From NCBI GenBank assembly GCA_963697775.1, contig CAVOPH010000003.1:151844-215843 (forward strand): DNA of 64,000 bases, given 5' to 3'. Of the stretch, positions 30,198 through 40,363 are shown in pieces; position 1 is the first letter of the stretch, and every line of letters begins with the position of its first letter. A program made the translations under genes and the position numbers. Origin of the DNA: an uncultured Acidobacteriota bacterium (GTDB lineage Bacteria > Acidobacteriota > Vicinamibacteria > Vicinamibacterales > 2-12-FULL-66-21). The notes under the pieces were generated by a model, which was given only the letters and a program-made list of their open reading frames with translations, made no database searches and was not told the origin of the DNA.

Positions 30198-30992
30198 TCA
30201 CCTCACCACGAGCGCCCGCAGCGAACGAACGTAGATGTTGCGAAAGGCCACCGGGCCGTGATCGCCTTGAAGCATCAGTGGAAGTTGGCCCGATTCGGAG
30301 ACCTCTCTGGCCGCGCGTGTGGGGCCGGCAACATCGACATCCTTCTGCACCAGTTGACCGTTGAAAAGTACGCGCAGAAAGCGGGCCGGCTCGGTCTTCT
30401 TGCCGGAGCCATCGAAACGCGGCGCGCGGAACCAGATCTGGTACGACTGCCACTCGCCCGGCCGACGGGACGCGTTGACGAGCGGGGCGGAACCGCCGAC
30501 GCCGCGCTCGTCGATCCACTGGTGATACACGGCGCCGGCATCCGAGGTACTCATCGCGTCGGTCGAGCCCCAACTATCGAAAATCTGAATCTCGTACAAG
30601 CCCTGGAGATAGACACCCGAGTTCGAACCTTTGGCCAACATGAACTCGAGGTACAGTTCGGCGTCGCCGAACGCGCGGTCGGTGCACAGGTTCGCCGTGC
30701 GGCCGGTCGAACCATTCACGATCGTGCCGCCGGGGCCCGATCGACCGTGCAACTGGGTTGGTCCGAGAATACGCTCGAAGCGCACGGCAGTCGCGGTGAA
30801 CCATTCACTCTTCGCGGTGGCATCGCACGCCTTCCACCCCGACACGTCTTTGCCATTCAAGAGGGGGTCCCAGCCGTCCTCGAGCAGATACGGCGGGTCA
30901 CCATGGGGGTCGCCGTCCTGAATCGCTGAGTAGCCGCGCTGCGGCTGCGGCAGGAGCGAAATCACTGCGACCAGAGACAGGAACACTCGCAT
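30198..30992 (-). CDS. DUF1080 (3-keto-disaccharide hydrolase-like) domain protein, secreted
   Basis: Signal peptide MRVFLSLVAVISLLP. Motifs GWDPLLNGKDVSGW, SNSGVYLQGLYEIQIFDS, GEWQSYQIWF and LMLQGDHGPVAFRNIYVRSL. Confidence 0.85.
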   Translation of the reverse strand: MRVFLSLVAVISLLPQPQRGYSAIQDGDPHGDPPYLLEDGWDPLLNGKDVSGWKACDATAKSEWFTATAVRFERILGPTQLHGRSGPGGTIVNGSTGRTANLCTDRAFGDAELYLEFMLAKGSNSGVYLQGLYEIQIFDSWGSTDAMSTSDAGAVYHQWIDERGVGGSAPLVNASRRPGEWQSYQIWFRAPRFDGSGKKTEPARFLRVLFNGQLVQKDVDVAGPTRAAREVSESGQLPLMLQGDHGPVAFRNIYVRSLRALVVR

Positions 30993-31090
30993 CGCGCGTA
31001 ACTATACTTCCAGGGACGACCTGGGAATAACTCAGTCCATCGGGCGTGGATTGTCGTCTAACATCGGGTACACCAGGAAGGAGATAGCCA

Positions 31091-31441
31091 ATGAACGCAC
31101 TGGTCGGACTGTTTGTGGGCCTTCTGGCCGCGGATATCTCTGGCGCGTGGAAGTTGACGCTCGAGAAAGACCTCAGTGGCCATCCGGCCAGCCATGAATG
31201 CACATTTCAGCAGCAGGGGGAAAAGCTCACCGTGACGTGCGACGGCGGCGGAAAGCTCACCGGCAGCGTGAAGGACACCAAGGTCACGCTCGAGAACACC
31301 ACCGGCAAAAACAACGACATCGTCGTCCGCTACACCGGCGCCGTAAACCGGGAAGGCACGTTCATGAAAGGCGTGTGGCAATACGTCGATCCGGGCACGA
31401 AGCAGGAGAAGACGGGCAGGTTCTCTTTTGAGAAGCACTAG
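31091..31441 (+). CDS. hypothetical small secreted protein
   Basis: 116-aa ORF preceded by AGGAGA. It has an N-terminal hydrophobic segment and beta-rich sequence. It overlaps the convergent uvrA-like stop codon by 4 nt. Confidence 0.6.
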   Translation: MNALVGLFVGLLAADISGAWKLTLEKDLSGHPASHECTFQQQGEKLTVTCDGGGKLTGSVKDTKVTLENTTGKNNDIVVRYTGAVNREGTFMKGVWQYVDPGTKQEKTGRFSFEKH

Positions 31442-34411
31442 CCCGCGGCCAAATGCGCCTTGAGGAACCGTCCCGTGTGCGATGCCTTGCAGCGCGCGAT
31501 GGCTTCCGGGGTGCCCGTGGCGACCACTTCTCCGCCGGCGTGGCCACCCTCCGGCCCGAGATCGATCACGTAGTCGGCCGTCTTGATGACGTCGAGGTGG
31601 TGCTCGATGAGCAACACCGTATGACCTGCATCGACGAGGCGGTTGAGCGACTCGAGCAGGCGCTCGACGTCGGCCAGGTGCAGGCCCGTCGTCGGCTCAT
31701 CCAGGATGTAGACGGTGTGCTTCGACCGCTGCAGCGTGGACAACTCGGTCGCGATCTTGATCCGCTGCGCCTCGCCACCTGAAAGGGTCGTTGCCGACTG
31801 GCCCAGCGTCAGATAACCGAGACCGAGATCCGCGAGCACCTGGACCTTTCTGCCGATCGCCGGCTCCGAGGCGAAAAAGCCGACCCCCTCCTCCACCGAC
31901 ATGTTCAGCACATCGTCGATCGTCTTGCCCCGGAGGGTCACCTCGAGCGTCTCGCTGTTGAATCGTGCGCCCTTGCACGTCGCGCAGGTCACTTCGACGT
32001 CAGGCATGAAGTAGAGCTGCGTCGTGATCACCCCTTCGCCCTGACATTCCTCGCAACGGCCACCCTTCACGTTGAAGCTGAAGCGTCCCGGTTTGTAATC
32101 GCGTTCGACTGACAGGGGTGCCTGCGTGAAGAGATCGCGGATATTGTCGTAAAAGCCGATGTAGGTCGCAGGATTCGATCGGCTGTTCCGTCCGATCGGC
32201 GCCTGATCGATGTTTACGACTTTCTGCACGTGCTCGATTCCGTCCACGCCGCCGTGCGCGCCTGGAAGCGTGCGCGTGTCGACCAGCCGCTTCCACAGCG
32301 CCTTGTAGAGGATCTCGCTGACGAGCGTGCTCTTGCCCGACCCCGACGCGCCGGTGATCGCCACGAGCAGGCCAAGAGGGAACGTGACATCCACGGCCTT
32401 GAGGTTGTTTTCCCGCGCGCCGCGGACGACGAGCGCCCGGCCGCTACCCGCGCGCCGCTTTCGAGGCGTCGGGATGCTGCGCGTGCCCGACAGGTACTGC
32501 CCCGTCGGTGACGCCTTGCACTTGAGCACATGGTCAATCGTCCCCTGCACGACCACCTGCCCTCCGTGGACGCCAGGGCCGGGGCCCATCTCGACGATGT
32601 GATCGGCGGCGCGAATGGTGTCCTCGTCGTGCTCGACGACCAGGACGGTGTTGCCGATGTCGCGGAGCCGTTCCATGGTCGCGATCATCTTGACGTTGTC
32701 CTTCGGATGCAGGCCGATGCTCGGTTCGTCCAGCACGTAGAGCATGCCCATCAGCCCGGAGCCGATTTGGGTGGAGAGACGGATCCGTTGCGATTCGCCG
32801 CCAGACAATGTCCCTGAGCGACGGTTGAAGCTCAGATAATCGAGGCCGATCCCCAGCAGCAGTTCGAGCCGTCCGCGGATCTCCTTCAAGACCTGGCGCC
32901 CCGCGTCGGCGCCACGGCCGGACGGTTTGACGGTGCCGAGAAACTCGTGCAGCTCGTCGAAGTGCAGCTGGCCGAGGTCGTAGATGCTGCGGCCGTGAAT
33001 CGTGAACAGCAGCCTGGTCGGACGAACTCGCGCACCGTTGCAGTCCGGGCACGTGCGTTCGACCATGACTTTGTCGAGCCACGCCTCCATGCGCGAGTTC
33101 GCTTCACCACGCTGTCGATAGTGCCGGTACCATCGCTCGATCCGACGGGCAATGCCGTGGAAACCGATTTCCCGTCCCTCCTGATCGGCGCGCCGTACCT
33201 TCGCATCGGGCGGGCGTCATGATCGGGATCTTGTTCGTGCCGATGCCGTAGAGAATGGCCTGACGAGCCTCGTCCGGAAGGTCTTTCCACGCCGAGTCGA
33301 GCGGAAATTTCAGCGCGTTTGCCAGACTGAACATCATCCGGCCATTCCAGGTGTCCGGGTTGTAGTTGAACGCCTCTCGGACGAAACAACCACCGAGAAT
33401 GCTGCGCTGCGGATCGGGCACGAGCAGCTCGGGATGCGTGAGCTTGTCAACCCCAAGCCCGCCGCACGTGCGGCATGCGCTTTCCGGGTTGTTGAACATG
33501 AAGTATTCGGGCCCGATATCTCCGTAGATGAAGTGATGGGTGGCGCTGGACGACTCCTTGTAGAAGCGTTGCGCGTCCGCCTTGCTCGCGCCTTTGACAA
33601 TGTGCACCTGCATCAGGCCGTCGCCGACGAGGAGTGTCGCCGCAATCCCTGCCTTGATCGCTTTCTCGTGCTTCCGGCCGACGATGAAGCGGTCGACGAC
33701 CGCCTCCATCTGCGCGTTGACGGGCGCCGCATCGCTACTGTCCGGGCTGCGCGCACCATCTTCCGCAGGCTCGGGCTCGGCGCGATCCGCAAGGTCGAGC
33801 GGTTTCCCGTCGATGAACATGCGGCGACAGCCCTTTTTCCGCACCTCGGCGAAGAGCACCTCGATATCCTCGCCGTAAATTGGAAAGACAGGGGCTCTCA
33901 GTTCAATCTCGGTGCCTTCCGGCAGCGACAGGATGGATTCGAGAATCTGGCTCGACGACCGGCTTGGCGTCGGTTCACCGGTGCGCGGGCAGTGCGGCTG
34001 CCCGATCGTCGCAAAGAGGAGATTCAGGTAACTCGCGATGTCGGTCATCGTTCCGACCGTCGACCGCGGGTTGTTGGTCAGCGTCTTCTGCTCGATCGAG
34101 ATCACCGGCGACAGGCCGAACACGTAATCGACGTCCGGCTTGGTCACCTGCGCGATGAAGCGCTTGGCAAAACTCGACAGCGATTCCATGTAACGACGCT
34201 GTCCTTCGGCGTAGATCGTGTCGAAAGCGAGGCTGGATTTTCCGGAACCGGAGAGACCGGTGACGACCGTCATCCGATCGCGCGGAATCTCGACAGAGAT
34301 GTTCTTCAGATTGTGGACGCGCGCCCCCTGCACGGCAATTGTCGTGCGCGCTGGAGCGGCGGCTTTCTTGGGGGCCGCTCGCCGGTTGGCCTGGCGGAGA
34401 GGTGACGTCAT
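31438..34411 (-). CDS. UvrA-like excinuclease ABC subunit A paralog; frame interrupted near 33205-33216
   Basis: N-terminal half from the ATG at 34411: [44 protein letters not shown]-terminal half (ORF 31438..33090): [44 protein letters not shown] and [10 protein letters not shown]. The halves join through IPIMTPP / [30 protein letters not shown] in adjacent frames. The first zinc module looks degenerate (QPHCPRTG). Confidence 0.85.
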
Positions 34412-35335
34412 CGGCGGATTGGCTCGCTCAGATAGAAGAAGGCCAGTTCCTGGACCTCGACCGTACTCTTCTTCGTCAGGCGGACCGGCAGCGACGCCTT
34501 GCCAATCATCTGTTGATCGGCGAGGTACTCGCATGCCGTCGTCACGTGGCTGACGTTCATGTGCCTGGAGAAGTAGTCGTCGATTTCTCTCGACGAACGT
34601 GCTTCGCCTACCTCCCGCAGGTGTTCGATGATCAATGCAAACAGCGCTGGCGCGCGATCGGCGATGTAGCGATCGATGGCCTCGAGCGCGTCCTGAACGG
34701 TCTTGCGCGTTTTCCTGGTATTGAGCAGCTCGGTATAGATCGTCTTGAAGAAATCCGGGTTCAGCTTCATTGCCTGCGGGATCACCTCGCGGTCGGCGAT
34801 GAGCCGATGGGACACGACCTCGATCTGGGCCAGCCCGGTCGCGGCATAGAGAATCCACAGCGCCGTGTAGTCGAGATCGCCGCGCGTAATGAACCACTTG
34901 TGCGCCTTGTAGATTGAGGGCAGCGCATGGGTCGCGGCACGAAGGAGCTGTAGCTGGGTGTCGCGTGCACCGACCTTCTGAGCCTGAACGCACAGATCGC
35001 CGATCGTTTCGTCGTGGGTGTACAGGAGCCGGCGCCTTCGCCAGAAGGGCACGAACGAAAGAATTGTCGAATGAGCCCTCGATGACCCGTCGAAACTCTC
35101 CTCGCGGGATCAGGTTGACATGAACGTTCACGCCGTCGGCATACAACGGCAGGTCCGAGCTCTCGACCTTCTTGTCGTCGATGGTCACCAGCATCAAGTC
35201 GATGTCGGACTTCTCCCAGACGACGTCGTGCGACAGGCTGCCGCACAGAATGGCGGCGAGGATCGACCGATCCTTCTTGATTTGTTCGACGAGCGCGTCG
35301 AGCGCAACCGTAAACCGCTGCTGGACGGCATCCAT
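34408..35335 (-). CDS. nucleotidyltransferase-domain protein with helical and winged-helix-like C-terminal regions; frame interrupted near 35025-35045
   Basis: Start MDAVQQRF. The NTase core is [22 protein letters not shown]. It continues in ORF 34408..35052 ([13 protein letters not shown]...[10 protein letters not shown]). Its stop codon overlaps the uvrA-like ATG (ATGA). Confidence 0.65.
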
Positions 35336-35623
35336 GGGGTGATGTTCCCCAAACACTATATCCACGGCGGGGCCTCCGGTCATCACCTCCAGTCGTGTCG
35401 CCTGCTCGTGACATCGGGAACACGAGGAGAGGACACGCTTCCTCGAAATCGCTCACAAATTCGCCACACTTCTGTCGCAGACAGGCAGTCTCCGCGAACG
35501 CGCGCCGATCGCGTTCGCGCTTGCCCATGTTCGAGTTTGCGAGCTCGATGCCTTCTCGCCCCGTTGTCACACATTTCGCTGGCGAACAATTTGCTCCGCC
35601 GTCGTTCGACAAAGGAGAGCCAT

Positions 35624-36028
35624 TTGAAAACGAAACGGCGCTGGGCGCTGCTCCTCGGACTCGTACTGTTGCCTGCGGCGTTGGAACTCTGGGGGTGTGG
35701 CGGCAGCGCATCGTCTCCAACCGCACCGTCGAGCTCGATTACGGTGTCGGATCCAGCATCGGCAACCTCGCTGACCTACGCCGCGAACATCGCACCAATC
35801 CTCGCCAGCGATTGCACCTACTGCCACAACTCGTCCAACCGCAATGGCAATGTCGATCTCACGTCATACGCGGGCGTGCTGCGGACGCTGACGCCTGGGA
35901 ATGCCAACTCCTTGATCATTCAGGTCACCCGGCCTGGTGGATTGATGTATTCCAACTTCCGATCGACGCCGGCCGAGAAGGCCGCGACCATCCGGAAATG
36001 GATTGTCGACTTCGACGCTACCCAATAG
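35624..36028 (+). CDS. lipoprotein with a c-type cytochrome (planctomycete cytochrome c-like) domain
   Basis: TTG start 7 nt after AAAGGAGAG. Signal and lipobox WALLLGLVLLPAALELWGC. Haem motif in IAPILASDCTYCHNSSNRNGNVDLTSYAG. Confidence 0.65.
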   Translation: MKTKRRWALLLGLVLLPAALELWGCGGSASSPTAPSSSITVSDPASATSLTYAANIAPILASDCTYCHNSSNRNGNVDLTSYAGVLRTLTPGNANSLIIQVTRPGGLMYSNFRSTPAEKAATIRKWIVDFDATQ

Positions 36029-36047
36029 GGCCTTCAGAGGATCGCCA

Positions 36048-36695
36048 ATGATCAGACCGCAACTCATGGTGCCTGTGCTTCTTCTCATGGCGTCAGCAAC
36101 CGCGTCCGCTTCACCGGCTGGCGCCGACGAACTGTTCGGTGACCGGCCGTCCCGGGCGTGGCGGATCGACTGGACCGCACCGGCTGTCGCCCCCACACCC
36201 TTTCACGATGCCGTCGTCACTGCCTTCGACGTGCGTGACGATCAGTCGTCGCCGCCGCCGGTCGTCGCCACCGAGTACAGCCACGCCTATCAGGTCAGGG
36301 CGAAGATTCACAAATACGCGAGTTTTGCGACACTGCCGCTGTTCGCAACCGAAATCGCGCTCGGGCAGTCGCTGTACAACGAACCCGGCGGCAGCAAGAA
36401 AACCGCGCATGCCGTCGTCGGCGCCGGCATCGGCAGCCTCTTCGCCGTCAACAGCGTTACCGGCGCGATGAACCTCTGGGAAGCGCGAAAGGATTCCGTC
36501 GGCCGCACGCGCCGACTGACGCACGGGCTCCTGATGATGGCAGCCGACGCTGGTTTCTTCGCGACCTTTCTTGCAGCGCCTGACGGCGAACACGGCGATT
36601 TCACGGACGGGCGAAGCACCCATCGGAACATCGCGATCACGTCGATTGGGCTCGCGACGGCAGGGTACCTGACGATGCTTTTCGGAGGCAAGTAG
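36048..36695 (+). CDS. hypothetical membrane protein (signal peptide plus C-terminal TM helices)
   Basis: MIRPQLMVPVLLLMASATASA. The C-terminal half has 3-4 hydrophobic helices. It is in the same operon as the cytochrome c and Rieske genes. Confidence 0.55.
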   Translation: MIRPQLMVPVLLLMASATASASPAGADELFGDRPSRAWRIDWTAPAVAPTPFHDAVVTAFDVRDDQSSPPPVVATEYSHAYQVRAKIHKYASFATLPLFATEIALGQSLYNEPGGSKKTAHAVVGAGIGSLFAVNSVTGAMNLWEARKDSVGRTRRLTHGLLMMAADAGFFATFLAAPDGEHGDFTDGRSTHRNIAITSIGLATAGYLTMLFGGK

Positions 36696-36698
36696 GAC

Positions 36699-37175
36699 AT
36701 GTGGGGATCACACATCATTGAGACGTGGACGTCGGTCTATGCCAACTCGAGCACGATTCGCACGCTGCTCGGATTCGCTCACGTGGCCGGATTGATTATC
36801 GGCGGAGGCTCGGCCATCGCCGCCGACCGCGGCGTGCTCCGCGCCGTTCGCCGCGCCCCATCAGAGCTCTCCGCTCATTTGACCACGATCCGCAACGCGC
36901 ACTCGATCGTCATCGCGAGCCTCGCGGTTGTAATGACGAGCGGCCTGCTGCTCGCGGCCGCCGACACCGAGACCTTTCTTCACTCGACGCTGTTCTGGCT
37001 GAAGATGGGACTCGTGGCGCTGCTCATCGTCAACGGCGCGTTCATGCGCCACGCCGAACGGGCCGCGAGCGGCGCACGACCGCTATGGACGCCGCTCGCG
37101 ATTGCCTCGGGTGCGAGCCTCGCGTTGTGGCTGCTGACGACGCTGGCGGGGGCGGCGCTGCCCAATGTCCACTGA
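36699..37175 (+). CDS. hypothetical 4-TM membrane protein
   Basis: 158 aa. The ATG lies 3 nt after the upstream stop codon and behind AGGA. Helices: LLGFAHVAGLIIGGGSAIAA, IVIASLAVVMTSGLLLAAA, LKMGLVALLIVNGAF, LAIASGASLALWLLTTLAGAAL. Confidence 0.55.
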   Translation: MWGSHIIETWTSVYANSSTIRTLLGFAHVAGLIIGGGSAIAADRGVLRAVRRAPSELSAHLTTIRNAHSIVIASLAVVMTSGLLLAAADTETFLHSTLFWLKMGLVALLIVNGAFMRHAERAASGARPLWTPLAIASGASLALWLLTTLAGAALPNVH

Positions 37176-37641
37176 CGACTGCCATCGCTGCCCGCTCCAC
37201 GACGGCACGAGCCGCCGGGTCTTCCTGCAGGAAGCCGGCGGCGGTCTGGTTGCGGCGTTTCTGGTCGCGATCACGGCGACGAACGCGACCGCGGGATCGG
37301 CCGAGAAACGCTATCCGATTCCTGCGAGCGATGGCGCCACGGTTGATCGAGACTCGCAAGTGATTCTCGTCCGCTACCAGAATCGCGTCGTCGCGCTGGC
37401 CCTGGCGTGCCCTCACCAGAACGCCGCCGTCAAGTGGCTGCCGAGCGACGGGCGGTTCCAGTGCTCCAAGCATGATTCGCGCTACACGCCTGACGGCGTG
37501 CACACGGCTGGCCGCGCCACGCGCAACATGGATCGGTTTCCGATTTCTCGCGACGGCGCGTCGGTGGTCGTCGACGTCAGCCGTGTCTTCCGATCGGATC
37601 AGGATGCCCCCGGATGGGTGGGGGCGGCCATCACAGTCTAG
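37165..37641 (+). CDS. Tat-exported Rieske [2Fe-2S] domain protein
   Basis: Twin-arginine signal TSRRVFLQEAGGGLVAAFLVAI. Rieske ligands CPHQ and CSKHDSRY. It overlaps the upstream gene by 11 nt. Confidence 0.8.
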   Translation: MSTDDCHRCPLHDGTSRRVFLQEAGGGLVAAFLVAITATNATAGSAEKRYPIPASDGATVDRDSQVILVRYQNRVVALALACPHQNAAVKWLPSDGRFQCSKHDSRYTPDGVHTAGRATRNMDRFPISRDGASVVVDVSRVFRSDQDAPGWVGAAITV

Positions 37642-37750
37642 GTTCTGCTGGGTTCTGCCACGTTCTACGGGGTTCGTTCTGGTTCTGCCAGGTTCTACGG
37701 GTTCGTGCGGCTTCGAACCTTGTAGAACCCAGCAGAACCCAGTAGAACCT
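37641..37750. repeat. 10-bp-phased GGTTCTRC repeat array with an inverted distal arm
   Basis: Forward copies start at 37641, 37651, 37661, 37671, 37681, 37691 and 37700. The centre is CTTCGAAC. Inverted copies GTAGAACC, GCAGAACC and GTAGAACC follow. The array begins inside the Rieske stop codon (TAGGTTCTGC). Confidence 0.9.
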
Positions 37751-37755
37751 AATTC

Positions 37756-38634
37756 GTGCAGACCTTCGTCATCGTCATCCGGATCCTCGCCAACCCGATC
37801 TCCAATCTCTTTCAGAAGCAACTCGCCGAACGATCGGCCCGTCCAATTTTCATCATCGGCGTGGTGCACCTGTGCCTGGCCCTGGTGTGCGCGCCGGTGC
37901 TGCTGATTCTTAGCGTCCCCGCAATCTCGGCCGATGTCTGGATCAATATGGTTGTCGCGGCGATGCTCGCCGTCGCCGGTAATACGGTCCTCGTTCATGC
38001 GCTCCGTTCAAGCGATCTGTCGATCCTCGGACCGGTCAATGCGTACAAGTCAGTGATCGGCCTCGTGCTGGCAATCTTCCTGATTGGGGAGTATCCGTCG
38101 GTGGTTGGGATGACCGGCGTGGTGCTGATCGTGGCGGGCAGCTATCTCGTCGTCGATCGAGAGGCCGGGCAACCCCGCCGCAATGCGTTCATCCTGTTCT
38201 TCCGCGAGCGCGGAGTCCAGTTGCGATTCGCTGCACTCATTCTGGCGGCTGCGGAGGCGGTCTTCCTGAAGCGGGCGATTCTCGTGTCGTCGCCATGGAT
38301 CGTGTTCGCTCTCTGGTCAATCCTCGGAGTTCCGGTAGCTGGAGCTGCGTTTGTGCTCGATGCTGCCAGTCTGAACGAGCAAGCGTTGAACCTTCGTCAC
38401 CTCTGGCGCACGTATCTGGCTCTGGTAGTTGCAACGGGCCTGATGCAACTGGCCACCGTCCTCACCTTCGGCCGGATGCAGGTGGGATACTCGCTGGCGC
38501 TCTTTCAGCTTTCCACCATCGTCAGCGTCCTGCTCGGACATCGCTATTTCCAGGAGAAGAACATTCGAAAGCGTCTCGCCGGATCGATCGTGATGACCGC
38601 GGGTGCGATCATGGTTGTCGCGTTCGGATCCTGA
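37756..38634 (+). CDS. EamA/DMT-superfamily transporter
   Basis: 292 aa, about 10 TM helices in two halves (NTVLVHALRSSDLSILGPVNAYKSVIGLVLAIFLIGE). Confidence 0.7.
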   Translation: MQTFVIVIRILANPISNLFQKQLAERSARPIFIIGVVHLCLALVCAPVLLILSVPAISADVWINMVVAAMLAVAGNTVLVHALRSSDLSILGPVNAYKSVIGLVLAIFLIGEYPSVVGMTGVVLIVAGSYLVVDREAGQPRRNAFILFFRERGVQLRFAALILAAAEAVFLKRAILVSSPWIVFALWSILGVPVAGAAFVLDAASLNEQALNLRHLWRTYLALVVATGLMQLATVLTFGRMQVGYSLALFQLSTIVSVLLGHRYFQEKNIRKRLAGSIVMTAGAIMVVAFGS

Positions 38635-38942
38635 TCGTCGAGCGGCGTTCTGCCCCTCGATGTGTTCAAAGTGTGGCGGGATGGAACACGCCCTTGTGCT
38701 GTTTCGGATCACGTCGCCGGATTAACGTTGGGAATTCCTCGAAATTTCACCGATATAAGCTCGGCACTACTCTTGTAACCCCTCCTCCACGAAAAGCGCT
38801 GCAGGACACTTGGCCGGTTACGGTTGCCCGCGGGGGAGTCTGGGGACACCACACAACGTACGGTTCTGCGAGAGCGCGCGTTATGACCGGTATGGATGTC
38901 ATCAGATTCGACAGCCCGCGAGCTTCTCAGAGGACGCTCTTT

Positions 38943-39182
38943 ATGGCAGATGACTGTTCGCATTGTCGTGAGGAACTCGCACGGTTGACCGAAGAGAACG
39001 CTGCGCTTCGGCGTGCGGCGCAGGCCTTTGGCAGCCTTGCGGAGCGCCTGAACCTTGCGCTCCAGGAAGAGCGGCGAGCGCGCCAGCGCTCAGCCAATGC
39101 ACCGCGCGAGACGACGGAGGCCGTCAGCCATGCGCCGACTACGGTCAGGCGCATTCGATCGCAGCACGGAGCTCAGGGATAG
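38943..39182 (+). CDS. hypothetical small coiled-coil protein
   Basis: MADDCSHCREELARLTEENAALRRAAQAFGSLAERLNLALQEERRARQ.... The upstream 300 bp are noticeably AT-richer. The start is uncertain; the ORF is open from 38295. Confidence 0.35.
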   Translation: MADDCSHCREELARLTEENAALRRAAQAFGSLAERLNLALQEERRARQRSANAPRETTEAVSHAPTTVRRIRSQHGAQG

Positions 39183-39272
39183 CGAAGGCATCCGCTTGAT
39201 GTCAGGACCCATGACCCGGAGGATTTGAGGCGACCAGCAGTACGATCCCGCGGATACGATAGACGCCAGCAG

Positions 39273-40274
39273 ATGGCGATCCGCACAATTCTCAGCGACC
39301 GCGGCGACGCGGGCCAGCGGTTGGATCTCGTGCTCCGTAGACATCTTGCGGATCTCGAATCGGCAACCCGCACTCGCGTGCAGACGTGGATCGATGGAGG
39401 AACCGTCAGCATCAATGGTCAAGCCGTTCGCCGCGTCGCGACGCGAGTCGCGAGCGGCGACGTGCTAACGGTAGACATTCCCGACGCCGCTCTCCCGCCC
39501 CCTCGACCCGTCGAGCCAGACTCCTCTCCCCTCGACATTCTTTTCGAAGACAACGACCTTCTGGCGGTCAACAAGCCGGCCGGCATGGTTGTTCATCCGA
39601 CTCACGCGCACCCCGACGGAACGCTGTTTAACCTTCTCGTGGGCCACGCCCGACCGTGGCCGGCCGCGACGAGACCGTCGCTCGTCGGCCGCCTGGACAA
39701 GCTGACGTCTGGCATCGTCCTCGTCGCCAAGACGCCTGCCGTTCACGCAGCCCTGCAACGGACGATGGCCCGTGGTGAAACTGAGAAGGACTATCTCGCG
39801 CTCGTTTACGGCCGAGTTCCCGCCGCTGCGACGGACATCGCGTTGCGGCTCAGACGCGACGATATCGATCGACGTCGAATGGCGACGTCACCTTCGATTG
39901 GCGCCCCCAGCCTCACGCGTGTCGCCCGCCTGGCGCAGATCGCTGCGCCAGGGGTCGGCCTCGCACTGCTTCGTTGCCGCCTCGTCACCGGCCGCACCCA
40001 TCAGATCCGCGCGCACCTTTCGGCGCGTGGATGGCCGATTGTCGGGGATCCCACTTACGGTGAACCGCGCTGGATGGGAGTGGCCAATGTGGATCTCGCT
40101 GATGCGCTTCGCGCGTTTCCTCGGCAGGCGCTGCACGCGTGGCAGCTGTCGTTCAGACATCCCGTCACGTCGGCGCTCGTGAACGTGGAAGCGCCGATAC
40201 CCGAGGACATACGCGACTTACTGAACAGAACTGGGTTCTGCAAGGTTCTTCAAGGTTCGGCAGGGTTCTACTAG
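39273..40274 (+). CDS. RluA-family 23S rRNA pseudouridine synthase (RluD-like)
   Basis: S4-like N-terminus (RLDLVLRRHL...VSINGQAV). Motifs LAVNKPAGMVVHP, GRLDKLTSGIVLVAKT and TGRTHQIRAHL. The last ~13 codons are encoded by the GGTTCTRC repeat array. Confidence 0.88.
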   Translation: MAIRTILSDRGDAGQRLDLVLRRHLADLESATRTRVQTWIDGGTVSINGQAVRRVATRVASGDVLTVDIPDAALPPPRPVEPDSSPLDILFEDNDLLAVNKPAGMVVHPTHAHPDGTLFNLLVGHARPWPAATRPSLVGRLDKLTSGIVLVAKTPAVHAALQRTMARGETEKDYLALVYGRVPAAATDIALRLRRDDIDRRRMATSPSIGAPSLTRVARLAQIAAPGVGLALLRCRLVTGRTHQIRAHLSARGWPIVGDPTYGEPRWMGVANVDLADALRAFPRQALHAWQLSFRHPVTSALVNVEAPIPEDIRDLLNRTGFCKVLQGSAGFY

Positions 40275-40360
40275 GTTCGTTCACGTTCTGCGAGGTTCCA
40301 CCAGGTTCGCTGAACGAACCCAGCAGAACCCAGTAGAACCCAGCCGAACCCTGTAGAACC
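40234..40360. repeat. 10-bp-phased GGTTCTRC repeat array: 8 forward and 5 inverted copies
   Basis: GGTTC or CGTTC cores occur at 40234, 40244, 40254, 40264, 40274, 40284, 40294 and 40304. Inverted GAACC cores end at 40320, 40330, 40340, 40350 and 40360. The array spans the whole gap between the convergent stop codons at 40274 and 40364. Confidence 0.9.
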
Positions 40361-40363
40361 TGA

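Noticed and set aside
37641-37750. A CRISPR array (also considered at 40234-40360, 58823-58903 and the heptamer arrays).
   Set aside because: The repeat units are 7-11 nt and contiguous, with no unique spacers of 25-40 nt. No cas genes are in the window.
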